Shown here: positions 19,694 to 30,917 of the stretch, one piece after another
How positions within the stretch are numbered: the first letter of the stretch is position 1
Layout: every line of letters begins with the position of its first letter
Assembly (NCBI GenBank): GCA_039920585.1
Contig: JBDSDL010000084.1
Span: forward strand, 184 to 64,183
Direction: 5' to 3'
Length of the DNA: 64,000 nucleotides
From: Nitrospiraceae bacterium
GTDB taxonomy: Bacteria > Nitrospirota > Nitrospiria > Nitrospirales > Nitrospiraceae
Notes under the pieces: model-generated
Database searches by the model: none
What the model was told of the DNA's origin: nothing
The model's input: only the letters and a program-made list of their open reading frames with translations
Position numbers and translations under genes: made by a program

Positions 19694-19970
19694 AGAGGCG
19701 CGATCCGAGCCAATGAGTTGGAGTGCTGAAGATATCATGTGCGAAGGCGGACTGTCAGGGAAGGAGGCTCTCAGACCGGCACAACTATTGACGCGTGGAA
19801 ACGCGTGGTGATAGGATCAGCCATATTTATATTTCTCCCTGATTTTTCAGAATGTTCTGAACAATCGTGAGAGTCGTGTCTCGTCTAAACTTTGCCGAGT
19901 TGCAGCGTAGCCTAGATTGTGCCGACTCCGCTACCTGGTTTTCACCGGTGGTATGGAGGGAGGTTCTGTC

Positions 19971-21746
19971 ATGAAGCTTACAGGGGCTGAGATCCTCATC
20001 GAATGTCTCAAACGAGAAGGCGTAAAGACGATTTTTGCGCTTCCTGGTGGCGTCGTTCTGAAGATTTTTGACATGCTTCATCAGCAGAAGGACATTGAAG
20101 TGGTCCTGACTCGCCATGAACAGGGAGCGGGCCATATGGCGGAAGGTTACGCCAAGGCGACCGGCAAAGCCGGGGTGTGCCTTGTGACCTCCGGACCCGG
20201 TATGACGAATGTGATCACGGCGTTGGCGGATGCCTACATGGATTCCGTTCCGTTGGTCTGTTTTAGCGGACAAGTTCCCACCAGCTTGATTGGGAATGAT
20301 GCGTTCCAAGAAGCGGATAACGTGGGGTTGAGTCGTCCCTGTACCAAATACAACTTCCTAGTGAAAGACGTAAAAGATCTGGCGATGACGATCAAAGAAG
20401 CTTTCTACATTGCGACGACGGGGCGTCCAGGCCCTGTGTTGGTGGATATTCCGAAAGACGTATCCATGGAGAAGGCGGAGTTTGTCTATCCGAGTTCCAT
20501 CTTTATCCGTAGCTACAATCCGGTGTATGAAGGGAATAAGTGGCAGATCAAGCAAGCGGCTGAGGCCATGACGAAAGCAAAGAAGCCGGTGCTGTATGTC
20601 GGCGGTGGTGTCGTCTTCTCCGGTGCGTCGCAAGAATTGATGGAGTTGGCTGAACTAACTCATATGCCGGTCGACATGACATTGATGGGGTTGGGCGCTT
20701 TCCCCGGCGAACATCCTCAGTCTATGGGCATGTTGGGGATGCACGGTACTTATTGGGCGAATATGGTCATGCATTATTCCGATCTTGTGGTGGCCATCGG
20801 AGCACGGTTTGACGATCGCGTGACCGGAAAAGTCTCCGAGTTTTGCCCGCATGCCAAGGTCATCCACATCGACATCGATCCGACCTCGATTCGGAAGAAC
20901 GTCAATGTCGACATTCCGATCGTCGGTGACTGCAAGATGGTGCTTCGTGAGTTGATTCAAATTCTTCGTGCCACGGTGAACGGCGACCAACGGGAATTGC
21001 GCAAGCCCTGGTGGAATCAGATTCGCGAATGGCAACAGGCACATCCTCTGGCATATCAACAAGAGGCGGATGGGCCGATCAAGCCGCAACATGTCATCAG
21101 TCGGCTTTATGACCTCACGAAAGATCGGGACCCGATCGTGTCGACCGATGTCGGGCAGCACCAAATGTGGGCCGCCCAATACTTTAAGTTGGCGAAGCCG
21201 AATCGCTGGCTAACCTCGGGAGGTCTTGGGACCATGGGTTTTGGATTTCCCGCCGCCATGGGAGCACAGGCGGCGTTTCCAGGACGGTTAGTTCTCTGCA
21301 TCGCGGGCGACGGCAGTATCCAGATGAATATGCAAGAAATGGCAACGGCGGTGGTGCATAAGCTGCCGGTGAAGATCATCATTCTGAACAACCGATTCCA
21401 CGGGATGGTCAGGCAATGGCAGGATCTCTTCTACGAAGGACGGTATGCATCAAGTTATCTGGAAACCACGCCGGACTTTGTCAAGTTGGCGGAGGCGTAT
21501 GGAGCGGTGGGGCTCAGGGCCAGCAAGCCATCTGAGATCGATGCTGTCCTCAAAGAAGCGATTGCGGTGAATACACCGGTCATCGTTGATGTGCCGACGT
21601 ATCCGTATGAAAACGTCTATCCCATGATTCCCGCCGGTGGCTGCAACCATGAGATGATTTTGGAAGATCCACCGGCCTTGAAAAACAAGCAGTCTGGAGC
21701 GGGGCAAGCGGCTTCGAAAGATTCAGACACGATCCTTACGGCTTAA
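19971..21746 (+). CDS. ilvB: Acetolactate synthase large subunit
   Basis: ATG 19971 after GGAGGGAGG. MKLTGAEILIECLKREGVKTIFALPGG... with ThDP motif GGLGTMGFGFPAAMGA...GDGS. Confidence 0.96.
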   Translation: MKLTGAEILIECLKREGVKTIFALPGGVVLKIFDMLHQQKDIEVVLTRHEQGAGHMAEGYAKATGKAGVCLVTSGPGMTNVITALADAYMDSVPLVCFSGQVPTSLIGNDAFQEADNVGLSRPCTKYNFLVKDVKDLAMTIKEAFYIATTGRPGPVLVDIPKDVSMEKAEFVYPSSIFIRSYNPVYEGNKWQIKQAAEAMTKAKKPVLYVGGGVVFSGASQELMELAELTHMPVDMTLMGLGAFPGEHPQSMGMLGMHGTYWANMVMHYSDLVVAIGARFDDRVTGKVSEFCPHAKVIHIDIDPTSIRKNVNVDIPIVGDCKMVLRELIQILRATVNGDQRELRKPWWNQIREWQQAHPLAYQQEADGPIKPQHVISRLYDLTKDRDPIVSTDVGQHQMWAAQYFKLAKPNRWLTSGGLGTMGFGFPAAMGAQAAFPGRLVLCIAGDGSIQMNMQEMATAVVHKLPVKIIILNNRFHGMVRQWQDLFYEGRYASSYLETTPDFVKLAEAYGAVGLRASKPSEIDAVLKEAIAVNTPVIVDVPTYPYENVYPMIPAGGCNHEMILEDPPALKNKQSGAGQAASKDSDTILTA

Positions 21747-21772
21747 TCGACGGCGTCAGGAGTTGCGTGGGC

Positions 21773-22291
21773 ATGGAACACATTATTTCGGTCACCGTCG
21801 AAAACAAGTTTGGGTCGCTATCTCGCATCGCCGGCCTGTTCAGCGGTCGGGGATTCAACATCGAAAGTCTCTCGGTGGCGCCGACGCTCGATCCATCCAT
21901 GTCGCAAATGACCATCGTGACGTCCGGAGACGAGCGGATTATCGAGCAGATCGTCAAACAGCTCAATAAATTAATCGACGTCATTAAGGTTGTGGATCTG
22001 AACGAGAGCGATTTTGTTTCGCGGGAGACGGCGCTCATCAAGGTGCATACGCGGACGGAAGATCGGGCGGAAGCATTGCGGATCGCCGATATTTTCCGGG
22101 CCAACGTCATCGACTCCACACCGGCGACGTACACGATCGAGGTGACCGGAGACCCGCGAAAAATCGAAGCGATCATCAATCTGCTGCAGCCTCTTGGAAT
22201 CAAAGAACTCACACGTACCGGACGGGTTGCAGTCGCCCGCGAGTCGATTCGGTCAACGGACGTGCAGGCCAAGAAGATTGCCCACGAATAG
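21773..22291 (+). CDS. ilvN: Acetolactate synthase small (regulatory) subunit
   Basis: MEHIISVTVENKFGSLSRIAGLFSGRGFNIESL ACT domain. ATG 21773 is 10 nt after CAGGAG; GTG 21767 is the alternative. Confidence 0.93.
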   Translation: MEHIISVTVENKFGSLSRIAGLFSGRGFNIESLSVAPTLDPSMSQMTIVTSGDERIIEQIVKQLNKLIDVIKVVDLNESDFVSRETALIKVHTRTEDRAEALRIADIFRANVIDSTPATYTIEVTGDPRKIEAIINLLQPLGIKELTRTGRVAVARESIRSTDVQAKKIAHE

Positions 22292-23368
<1,077 letters not shown>

Positions 23369-23382
23369 GGATTGAGGATTCT

Positions 23383-24033
23383 GTGGCGGATCGTGCCGTC
23401 GGCATCCCGTTTGCCAAAGAAGGAATTCCCTTCATCGGGGCCGCTGTCGGCGTTACACTACTGGCAGGATGGCTTGGCTGGATGGTTGTGGCGGTCGGGG
23501 CGGCGCTCCTGACGCTCTTTGTCTCTTGGTTCTTTCGTAATCCATCCCGGGTGGTCCCTCAAGGTTCTCGTCTTGTCGTGGCGTCCGGTGACGGGAAAGT
23601 CGTCGCCATTGAGGAAGAGTTCGAGCCCCGATTCATCAAGGATCGTAGTATCAGGATCAGCATCTTCTTGAACGTATTCGATGTGCATATTAACCGGGTT
23701 CCCTGTGAAGGGGTCATTGAGGATGTCCAGTACCAACCAGGTTTGTTTTTGGTTGCCAGCAAACCGGATGCAACGTTGAGGAACGAGCAAAACGCCTTGA
23801 TGATTAAAACGGTGCAGGGTCCAAAAGTATTGTGTGTGCAGGTTGCCGGGTTGATTGCTAGACGGATCGTGTGTTGGATCTCGCCGGGAGATCGGGCTGT
23901 ATGCGGTGAACGGTTCGGTTTGATTCGATTTGGGTCGCGAATGGATACGTTTCTTCCTATCGGGACGGCTGTAAGAGTTGCAGTCGGCGACCGGGTCAAA
24001 GGTGGGGAAACCATCCTGGGAGAATTACCATGA
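23383..24033 (+). CDS. psd: Phosphatidylserine decarboxylase proenzyme (short type)
   Basis: 216 aa, GTG start after GAGGATTGAGGA. FGSRMD self-cleavage-type motif near the C-terminus. Confidence 0.85.
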   Translation: MADRAVGIPFAKEGIPFIGAAVGVTLLAGWLGWMVVAVGAALLTLFVSWFFRNPSRVVPQGSRLVVASGDGKVVAIEEEFEPRFIKDRSIRISIFLNVFDVHINRVPCEGVIEDVQYQPGLFLVASKPDATLRNEQNALMIKTVQGPKVLCVQVAGLIARRIVCWISPGDRAVCGERFGLIRFGSRMDTFLPIGTAVRVAVGDRVKGGETILGELP

Positions 24034-24836
24034 AACCCATGGGACTTCGGCAATCATTCGGGAAGGATGGGAAGCGGCGTAAAGCCGCCATGCACTTGAT
24101 CCCGAATCTTTTTACGACGGGGAATCTACTGTGTGGCGTGTTTTCGATGCTGTCCGTGTTCAATGCAGACTACATGGTTGCCGCGGTCGCCATCCTGGTG
24201 GCGATGGTCTTCGACATACTCGATGGAAAGTCCGCGCGGTTGACGAACAGTACTAGCCATTTTGGATTTGAATACGACTCGTTGTCCGATGTGGTGTCGT
24301 TCGGAGTTGCTCCGGGCCTCTTGATTTATTCCTGGGCACTGAGCGGACAGGGCATGTTCGGTATGGCGGTGATGTTCGCTTACGTGGCGATGGGTGCGGT
24401 TCGGTTAGCCAGGTTTAATTCGACGACGTCCGTGCCGGACGGCAAGTATTTTACCGGCTTAGCTATTCCTGCAGCGGCAGGGGTTGTGGCGTCGCTTGTA
24501 ATTTTCGACCACTATAGCGTCAGGATTGGAACGGAAGTGAAACCCCTCCTTGTCCTGATTATTACGCTGACCCTTTCGTTCTTGATGGTGAGCACCATCA
24601 AGTATCGGAGCTTTAAAGACATGAAGTTCCGCGGTGGTCAGCACATTACGTATCTCGTCTGGGGAATTTTGGCGCTCATGCTCGTCGCCGCCTGGCCCCA
24701 AGTTATGCTATTTGTCATCTTTGCCGGGTACGCCTTGCTCGGCCCGGCAGAACGGCTTATCGGATTTTTGTCCAAGGTGGCAGGGAAGCGCCCATCGCCT
24801 AAGACCGAGCAGTCGGTGACGGAATCGAAATTCTAA
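24030..24836 (+). CDS. pssA: CDP-diacylglycerol--serine O-phosphatidyltransferase
   Basis: CDP-alcohol phosphatidyltransferase motif DILDGKSARL...G...DSLSD. Multi-TM. ATGA overlap with psd. Confidence 0.88.
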   Translation: MKPMGLRQSFGKDGKRRKAAMHLIPNLFTTGNLLCGVFSMLSVFNADYMVAAVAILVAMVFDILDGKSARLTNSTSHFGFEYDSLSDVVSFGVAPGLLIYSWALSGQGMFGMAVMFAYVAMGAVRLARFNSTTSVPDGKYFTGLAIPAAAGVVASLVIFDHYSVRIGTEVKPLLVLIITLTLSFLMVSTIKYRSFKDMKFRGGQHITYLVWGILALMLVAAWPQVMLFVIFAGYALLGPAERLIGFLSKVAGKRPSPKTEQSVTESKF

Positions 24837-24903
24837 TAGACTGTTGAAACACTATTTCGGCATGCAAGGACGAAGCTAGTAGACGTTTGAGTATTTTGCT
24901 AAT

Positions 24904-25159
24904 GGCTGCGACGAGGAGTAGTAGACGATACGCACAGCAGCGAGAGAGCTGGTGAATGGTGCAAACCAGCCTGTGCGGCGCCGAACTCGCCTCTGAGCCA
25001 GAATCCGTGAACCTCGAGTAATGGATTCCGCCTCGCCCCCGTGACAGGGCGTAATGAAGGGCTGCGAGCATCGTACGTTGCTCATGGCTAAATCAGGGTG
25101 GTACCACGGAGCTTCTCAAAGCCTCCGTCCCTGGGCGTAGGGATGGAGGCTTTTGTTTT
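24904..25159 (+). promoter_or_regulatory. T-box riboswitch leader, Leu (CUC) specifier, upstream of leuA
   Basis: Stem I base and GA motif GGCTGCGACGAGGAGTAGTA (24904-24923). AGCGAGAGAG and GGTGCAAA distal motifs. Specifier loop GAA-CTC-G (CTC = 24986-24988). T-box sequence AATCAGGGTGGTACCACGG (25091-25109). Terminator GCCTCCGTCCCT/AGGGATGGAGGC followed by TTTTGTTTT. Confidence 0.85.
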
Positions 25160-25162
25160 GTC

Positions 25163-25283
25163 GGCTGCTGAAAGCGGTTGCCAGCTTCGCTCTCGGCTCG
25201 AAAACATCCTAAACGTACCCTGAGGGGACGCTTGCGGTGTTTTACTCGCTTATGGCCTTGCTGGACAACCGCTTTGAGCAGCC
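25163..25283 (+). repeat. Long-stem palindromic intergenic repeat, copy E (short variant, most diverged)
   Basis: Arms GGCTGCTGAAAGCGGTTGCCAGC and GCTGGACAACCGCTTTGAGCAGCC. Core ...CTCGGCTCGAAAACATCCTAAACGTACCCTGAGGGGACGC...CTCGCTTATGGCCTTGC aligns to the other copies. Confidence 0.8.
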
Positions 25284-25311
25284 TCAATGCAATAGGGAGA
25301 AGGAGGAAGTC

Positions 25312-26859
25312 ATGACCAGGATGATCCGAATTTTCGATACGACCTTGCGGGACGGCGAGCAATCGCCAGGGGCTAGCATGAATGTGGAAGAGAAAATCAT
25401 GGTTGCGAAGCAGTTGGCACGTTTGGGGGTCGATATCATCGAGGCAGGATTTGCCTATAGCTCTCCTGGAGATTTTGAGGCAGTGCGGCGGATTGCGCAA
25501 GAAGTTGAAGGACCGACGATTTGCAGCTTAGCGCGGGCGCGTTCGGAAGATATCGATCGAGCCTGGGAGGCATTGAAGGGGGCTCCGAAGATCCGCATTC
25601 ATACGTTTCTCTCAACTTCGGATATTCACTTGAAGCACCAGTTCCGCATGACGCGCGAGGAGGCGAAGAAGCGCGCGGTTGAGATGGTGCAGCGGGCGAG
25701 GGGTTATGTAGACGATGTGGAGTTTTCACCCATGGATGCCAGTCGTTCCGATCCGGCCTATCTCTATGAAGTAATCGAGGCAGTGATTGCCGCAGGAGCT
25801 GGGACAATCAATATTCCTGATACGGTCGGCTATGCAGTGCCACAAGAATTCGGCAGGCTTATTCGTGGCATTCGCGAGCAAGTATCAAATAGTGCCAAGG
25901 CGGTGATCTCCGTCCATTGCCACAATGACCTGGGCCTGGCCGTGGGGAACAGTTTGGCGGCGGTGTTTGAAGGGGCAGGCCAAGTCGAATGCACGATCAA
26001 CGGAATTGGCGAACGAGCAGGGAATACGGCATTGGAAGAAATTGTCATGGGGCTTCGGACCAGGAAGGATTTCTATCAAGCAGACACGAAGATTCACACC
26101 GAAGAGATTTCGAAGACCAGCCGATTGGTCAGCAAGATTACCGGCATGGTGGTGCAGCCGAACAAAGCGATCGTCGGGGCGAACGCCTTTGCCCATACGT
26201 CCGGCATTCACCAAGACGGTATACTGAAGGACAAGACGACCTACGAAATCATACGGCCGGAATCGATTGGGCTGGTTGAGAGCAAGATGGTCATGGGAAA
26301 GCTCTCAGGCCGGCATGCATTTCGCCAGCGGCTCGAGGAGTTAGGGTATACGCTCTCGGACGAGGAGGTAAACCATGCGTTCGAGCGGTTCAAAAAGTTG
26401 GCCGATCAGAAGAAGGAGATCTACGAAGAGGATATTGAAGTCATTGTCTCCGAAGAATTGGCCAAGATGGCCGATCGGATCGCCTTGAAGTCGTTCCATG
26501 TGGCCAGCGGGACGGATCAGGTGCCGACCGCCACGGTCGAACTCGAAATCGATGGACAAACGATCTCGCAGACCGGAACAGGCGATGGGCCGGTTGATGC
26601 GGTCTATCGGACGATTGCCGCCATCACGCAGACAAAGAGTACGCTGCTCATGTATGTCGTGAAGGCGATCACCGGTGGGACTGACGCCCAGGGCGAAGTC
26701 TCAGTTCGGGTTCAAGAAGATGGACGCACCGTCTCAGGCCATGGGGCAGATACGGATATCATCGTGGCCTCAGCGCGGGCCTATCTCAATGCGCTGAATA
26801 AGCTGTCGTACTTGGCTGGAAAACAGGCGCAAGGCGAACATAGGGTAAGCTTGATTTAG
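25312..26859 (+). CDS. leuA: 2-isopropylmalate synthase
   Basis: ATG 25312 after [38 protein letters not shown]... with [10 protein letters not shown]. The upstream 25 codons of the ORF lie inside repeat copy E and were dropped. Confidence 0.96.
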   Translation: MTRMIRIFDTTLRDGEQSPGASMNVEEKIMVAKQLARLGVDIIEAGFAYSSPGDFEAVRRIAQEVEGPTICSLARARSEDIDRAWEALKGAPKIRIHTFLSTSDIHLKHQFRMTREEAKKRAVEMVQRARGYVDDVEFSPMDASRSDPAYLYEVIEAVIAAGAGTINIPDTVGYAVPQEFGRLIRGIREQVSNSAKAVISVHCHNDLGLAVGNSLAAVFEGAGQVECTINGIGERAGNTALEEIVMGLRTRKDFYQADTKIHTEEISKTSRLVSKITGMVVQPNKAIVGANAFAHTSGIHQDGILKDKTTYEIIRPESIGLVESKMVMGKLSGRHAFRQRLEELGYTLSDEEVNHAFERFKKLADQKKEIYEEDIEVIVSEELAKMADRIALKSFHVASGTDQVPTATVELEIDGQTISQTGTGDGPVDAVYRTIAAITQTKSTLLMYVVKAITGGTDAQGEVSVRVQEDGRTVSGHGADTDIIVASARAYLNALNKLSYLAGKQAQGEHRVSLI

Positions 26860-26919
26860 GGAAAGTGACCGCGATAGAGTCAGCGGCTCCGGCCTGAGAC
26901 CGGAAAGAACCTGTCGGCT

Positions 26920-27294
26920 GTGAGGTACGCTGTGGTTCATGTTACCTTGGAAGATCGGTCTAAGTTTCTGGCTGGCGACCATACCCTCCTGCGAGAGCTG
27001 CTCCATCCTGGGAAACAACCGCTCGCGCTTGGGTATAGTATGGCGCACGGAACGTTGGCTCCCAGCGCTCGGTCGAAACGGCATAGGCTCACGTCGTCAG
27101 AGGTCTATTACATCATTGCCGGTCAGGGACGATTGACCGTAGACGACTCGGTCATCGAAGTGGAAGCTGGCTCCGTCGTCTATGTGCCTCCTGGAGGCAC
27201 GCAGTTTCTGGAAAATAGCGGACTCACTGCCATCGAGTTTCTCTGCTTGGTCGATCCTGCTTGGCGACTAGAGGATGAGGAAGTGCTGGAATAG
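26920..27294 (+). CDS. Cupin domain protein
   Basis: 124 aa. Cupin-like H...E and G..VYVPPGG..F motifs. GTG start, uncertain. Confidence 0.6.
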   Translation: MRYAVVHVTLEDRSKFLAGDHTLLRELLHPGKQPLALGYSMAHGTLAPSARSKRHRLTSSEVYYIIAGQGRLTVDDSVIEVEAGSVVYVPPGGTQFLENSGLTAIEFLCLVDPAWRLEDEEVLE

Positions 27295-27333
27295 AGCTGG
27301 TGTGGTTGTAATTCATAAAGAGGAGAGTGGCCT

Positions 27334-28407
27334 GTGAAGGCGACAATTGCCGTACTAGCTGGTGATGGAGTAGGCCAGGAGATCGTTCCTGAGGCCGTGA
27401 AGGTGCTGAAAGCTGTGGCCGAGAAGTTCCAGCACACATTCGAGTTTCTGTCCGGTGATGTTGGCGGGAAGGCTATCGACATAGTGGGCGTCCCGCTCCC
27501 TCAGGAGACGCTGACGTTGGCCAAACAGAGCGATGCTGTCTTACTCGGAGCGGTCGGCGGCCCTAAATGGGAGGGGTTGGAGTATAGCCTGCGTCCAGAA
27601 CGCGCGTTGTTGGGATTGCGAGAGCAACTGGGCCTCTACGCGAATTTACGGCCGGCGAAGTTGTACCCGATGTTGGCCGATGCCTCCACGCTGAAACGTG
27701 ACGTGATCGAAGGGATCGATATCCTCGTCATCCGGGAACTGACCGGCGGCATCTACTTTGGGAAACCAAAAGGGATCGAGAAGCTGCCGAATGGGAGTGA
27801 GCGGGGTGTCAACACCGAGGTCTATACCACTGAAGAAATCCAACGCATTGCGAAAATCGCGTTCGAGGCAGCGAGAAAACGCCGGAAAAAAGTGATGTCC
27901 GTCGATAAAGCGAACGTGCTGGAGTCATCCGAACTGTGGCGTCGTGTCGTAACCGACGTTCACAAGGATTATCGAGATATAGAGTTGAGTCATATCTATG
28001 TTGACAATGCGGCGATGCAACTCGTGCGCAACCCGCGGCAGTTCGATGTGATGCTGTGCAACAACATATTCGGTGATATTTTGAGCGATGAGGCCGCGAT
28101 GTTGACCGGGTCCATCGGTATGCTGCCGTCGGCTAGTATTGGCGCGCAGGTCGGACTGTTCGAGCCGATTCACGGCAGCGCGCCGGACATTGCAGGGAGG
28201 AATGTGGCGAATCCCATTGCGACGATTGCCTCGGCGGCGATGATGCTGTCTTATGGATTCAAGTTGGACAAGGAAGCCACTGCCATCGAGCAAGCGATCA
28301 TGAAGACCCTGGATCTCGGCTATCGCACGAAAGATATTCATAGTCCGGGTACTCGCCTGGTCAGCACGACAGAAATGGGCGAGGCCATTCTGCGAAATCT
28401 GAGCTGA
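27334..28407 (+). CDS. leuB: 3-isopropylmalate dehydrogenase
   Basis: 357 aa, [17 protein letters not shown]..., [28 protein letters not shown] start after AAGAGGAGAG. Confidence 0.96.
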   Translation: MKATIAVLAGDGVGQEIVPEAVKVLKAVAEKFQHTFEFLSGDVGGKAIDIVGVPLPQETLTLAKQSDAVLLGAVGGPKWEGLEYSLRPERALLGLREQLGLYANLRPAKLYPMLADASTLKRDVIEGIDILVIRELTGGIYFGKPKGIEKLPNGSERGVNTEVYTTEEIQRIAKIAFEAARKRRKKVMSVDKANVLESSELWRRVVTDVHKDYRDIELSHIYVDNAAMQLVRNPRQFDVMLCNNIFGDILSDEAAMLTGSIGMLPSASIGAQVGLFEPIHGSAPDIAGRNVANPIATIASAAMMLSYGFKLDKEATAIEQAIMKTLDLGYRTKDIHSPGTRLVSTTEMGEAILRNLS

Positions 28408-28425
28408 GCGAGATTCTCGATACAG

Positions 28426-29631
28426 ATGAAGACCGATCTCAAAACTCGATTGATCCAGACCGTTGCCGGTACCGGAGACTCAGGCTGGTCCGGTGATGGA
28501 GCTGCGGCCTATGCGGCTTGTCTGAATGAGCCGAAGAGTCTCACCTTCGACGCAGAGGGAAACCTCTTTATCGCTGACTCTGAGAACCACGTCGTTCGGA
28601 GGATCGACTGGAAGACCAACCGTATCAGGACGATTGCTGGCCACATTCAGGCGTTTGAAACAGGAGCGAAACCTGTTTCGCCTGATCCGATGACTGAAGG
28701 AGTGGATAGCGATCCTTTTGCCGAAAGCGATGCGGTCAATTTGCACACCGTCACCCAACAGACGGACCTGAGTGGGACCGTGCGTTACATTGCGACCGGT
28801 ACAGCACCGGCCACACGATTCAGTGGTGATGGTGGTCCTGCGGAGCATGCCCTGTTGAATTTTCCGACAGCGGTGGTGGTCGATCGGGCAGGGCATCTCT
28901 ACATTGCGGATACGCTAAACCACCGGGTGCGGCGTGTGGACGCGGTGACAGGGGTGATCACGACAGTTGCGGGCATGGGCCGGCCTCGGGACTTTGGTGA
29001 CGGGGGATTGGCCACGGAGGCCGGGTTGAACGAACCGGCTGCCTTAGCATTGAGCGAGAGAGGCATCCTCTATATTGCCGATCAGAACAACAACCGCGTG
29101 AGGGCGGTGGATTTGGCCACCGGAGTGGTTTCTACGGTCGCAGGGACAGGAACAGCAGCCTATAATGGAGACGATGCGGCTGCGACAGAAACCGACCTGG
29201 CCGGTCCCAGCGGATTGGCACTGGCATCAGATGGCACGCTATTCATTGCCGATTGCTTCAATGGAAGGATCCGCGCTGTCGATCCTGTCACTGGTCTCAT
29301 ACGAACTGTGGTGGGGGACGGCGGTGAGTATCGGTACCAGGGGCCGGATGAACCACTCAGTAGCAGTCTCTCACGGCCATCGGGAATTGCGTTGGATGAA
29401 GAGGGGAATCTCTACGTAACTGACTCGGACAATCATCTGGTCCGGCGATGGAACCGAATCACCGGACGTATTGAGCGCATTGCCGGTGTGGGTGTGGCTA
29501 CCTATGGGGGTGACGGCGGCGCGGCCCTCGAGGCCGGATTGAGCTACCCGTTTGGGATCGTGATGGATTGTGCGGGGCATGTGCTCGTGGCCGATACGTT
29601 CAATCATCGTATTCGCGAGATCGCGCAGTAG
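28426..29631 (+). CDS. NHL-repeat six-bladed beta-propeller protein
   Basis: Six repeats of the form ..L(Y/F)(I/V)AD..N(H/N)R(V/I)R..D (ADSENHVVRRID, ADTLNHRVRRVD, ADQNNNRVRAVD, ADCFNGRIRAVD, TDSDNHLVRRWN, ADTFNHRIREI). No obvious signal peptide. Confidence 0.8.
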   Translation: MKTDLKTRLIQTVAGTGDSGWSGDGAAAYAACLNEPKSLTFDAEGNLFIADSENHVVRRIDWKTNRIRTIAGHIQAFETGAKPVSPDPMTEGVDSDPFAESDAVNLHTVTQQTDLSGTVRYIATGTAPATRFSGDGGPAEHALLNFPTAVVVDRAGHLYIADTLNHRVRRVDAVTGVITTVAGMGRPRDFGDGGLATEAGLNEPAALALSERGILYIADQNNNRVRAVDLATGVVSTVAGTGTAAYNGDDAAATETDLAGPSGLALASDGTLFIADCFNGRIRAVDPVTGLIRTVVGDGGEYRYQGPDEPLSSSLSRPSGIALDEEGNLYVTDSDNHLVRRWNRITGRIERIAGVGVATYGGDGGAALEAGLSYPFGIVMDCAGHVLVADTFNHRIREIAQ

Positions 29632-29646
29632 GTAGGATCGAGGCTC

Positions 29647-30663
29647 ATGGTGAAAAAACAATCTGGGTATGTCGTGGCGGTCGTCGGCGCCACCGGGGCA
29701 GTCGGCACCGAGATGATCGCGGTGCTCGAGGAGCGAAAGTTTCCCGTCGCACGCCTGCTACCGCTCGCATCGACTCGGTCGGCCGGCGGTACGGTGATAT
29801 TTGAAGGAAACGAGGTTACCGTCGAGGTGTTGACGAAGGACTCGTTTGCCGGCGTGGATATCGCACTTTTTTCTGCCGGTGCGGATCTCAGTCGAGAGTT
29901 TGCTCCGATCGCGGTGAAGGCCGGTGCGGTGGTGATCGATAATAGTGCCGCCTGGAGGATGACTCCTGAGGTGCCGCTTGTGGTACCGGAGGTGAATGCG
30001 CATGACATTCAACGGCACAAGGGTATCATCGCCAATCCGAATTGTTCTACGATTCAAATGGTCGTGGCGCTGAAACCCCTGCATGATGAGGCCAGGATCA
30101 AACGGATTGTCGTCACGACCTTTCAATCGGTCTCCGGCACCGGGAAGGACGCCATGGATGAGCTGATGACGGAATGCCAAGATCTGTTGAGCTTTAAGTC
30201 GGCGAATCCCAAGGTCTATCCCTATCAGATCGCCTTCAATTGTTTGCCGCAGATCGACGATTTTCTGCCGTCAGGGTATACGAAGGAAGAGATGAAGATG
30301 GTCCATGAGACGAGAAAGATCATGGGCGACCAGTCGATTCATGTAACAGCGACGACTGTGCGGGTTCCGGTGTATGTCGGACATTCGGAAGCCGTCAACA
30401 TTGAGACGGAGCGAAAGTTATCGGCCAACGATGCCCGCGCCATTCTTTCCACCGCGCCAGGCGTGCTGCTCTACGATGATCCGGCACACAAGATCTATCC
30501 CATGCCGTTGGAGGTGGCCGGGAAGGACGAGGTCTATGTCGGCCGCGTTCGCGAAGATGAATCGATCGCTAACGGGCTCAATCTGTGGGTGGTAGCGGAT
30601 AATTTGCGCAAAGGGGCCGCGCTCAATGCGGTACAAATCGCAGAACATTTAGCTCAAGGCTGA
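29647..30663 (+). CDS. asd: Aspartate-semialdehyde dehydrogenase
   Basis: 338 aa, VAVVGATGAVG, active-site region IANPNCSTIQMV, and a C-terminal DNLRKGAALNAVQIAE. Confidence 0.96.
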   Translation: MVKKQSGYVVAVVGATGAVGTEMIAVLEERKFPVARLLPLASTRSAGGTVIFEGNEVTVEVLTKDSFAGVDIALFSAGADLSREFAPIAVKAGAVVIDNSAAWRMTPEVPLVVPEVNAHDIQRHKGIIANPNCSTIQMVVALKPLHDEARIKRIVVTTFQSVSGTGKDAMDELMTECQDLLSFKSANPKVYPYQIAFNCLPQIDDFLPSGYTKEEMKMVHETRKIMGDQSIHVTATTVRVPVYVGHSEAVNIETERKLSANDARAILSTAPGVLLYDDPAHKIYPMPLEVAGKDEVYVGRVREDESIANGLNLWVVADNLRKGAALNAVQIAEHLAQG

Positions 30664-30917
30664 TGGCTGAGTGGGGACATCTAGGCAAGGTCTTCATCGG
30701 AGTCGGGCTATGCGTGGTGTTGGTTGGCCTGTTGCTGCTGATCGCAGATCGCGTTCCAGGAATTGGGAATCTCTTGGGATGGTTCGGCAAGCTCCCCGGC
30801 GACATTTCCATTCGACGAGATAACTTTAGCTTCTCATTTCCCCTTGCAACCAGCCTGCTCCTCAGCATCATCTTAAGTCTGGTATTCTACTTGATAGCAT
30901 GGATATTTCGCCGGTGA
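30663..30917 (+). CDS. DUF2905-like small membrane protein
   Basis: 84 aa, two TM segments, and a central GKLPGDISIRRDNFSFSFPL motif that I recall as the DUF2905 signature. Confidence 0.7.
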   Translation: MAEWGHLGKVFIGVGLCVVLVGLLLLIADRVPGIGNLLGWFGKLPGDISIRRDNFSFSFPLATSLLLSIILSLVFYLIAWIFRR

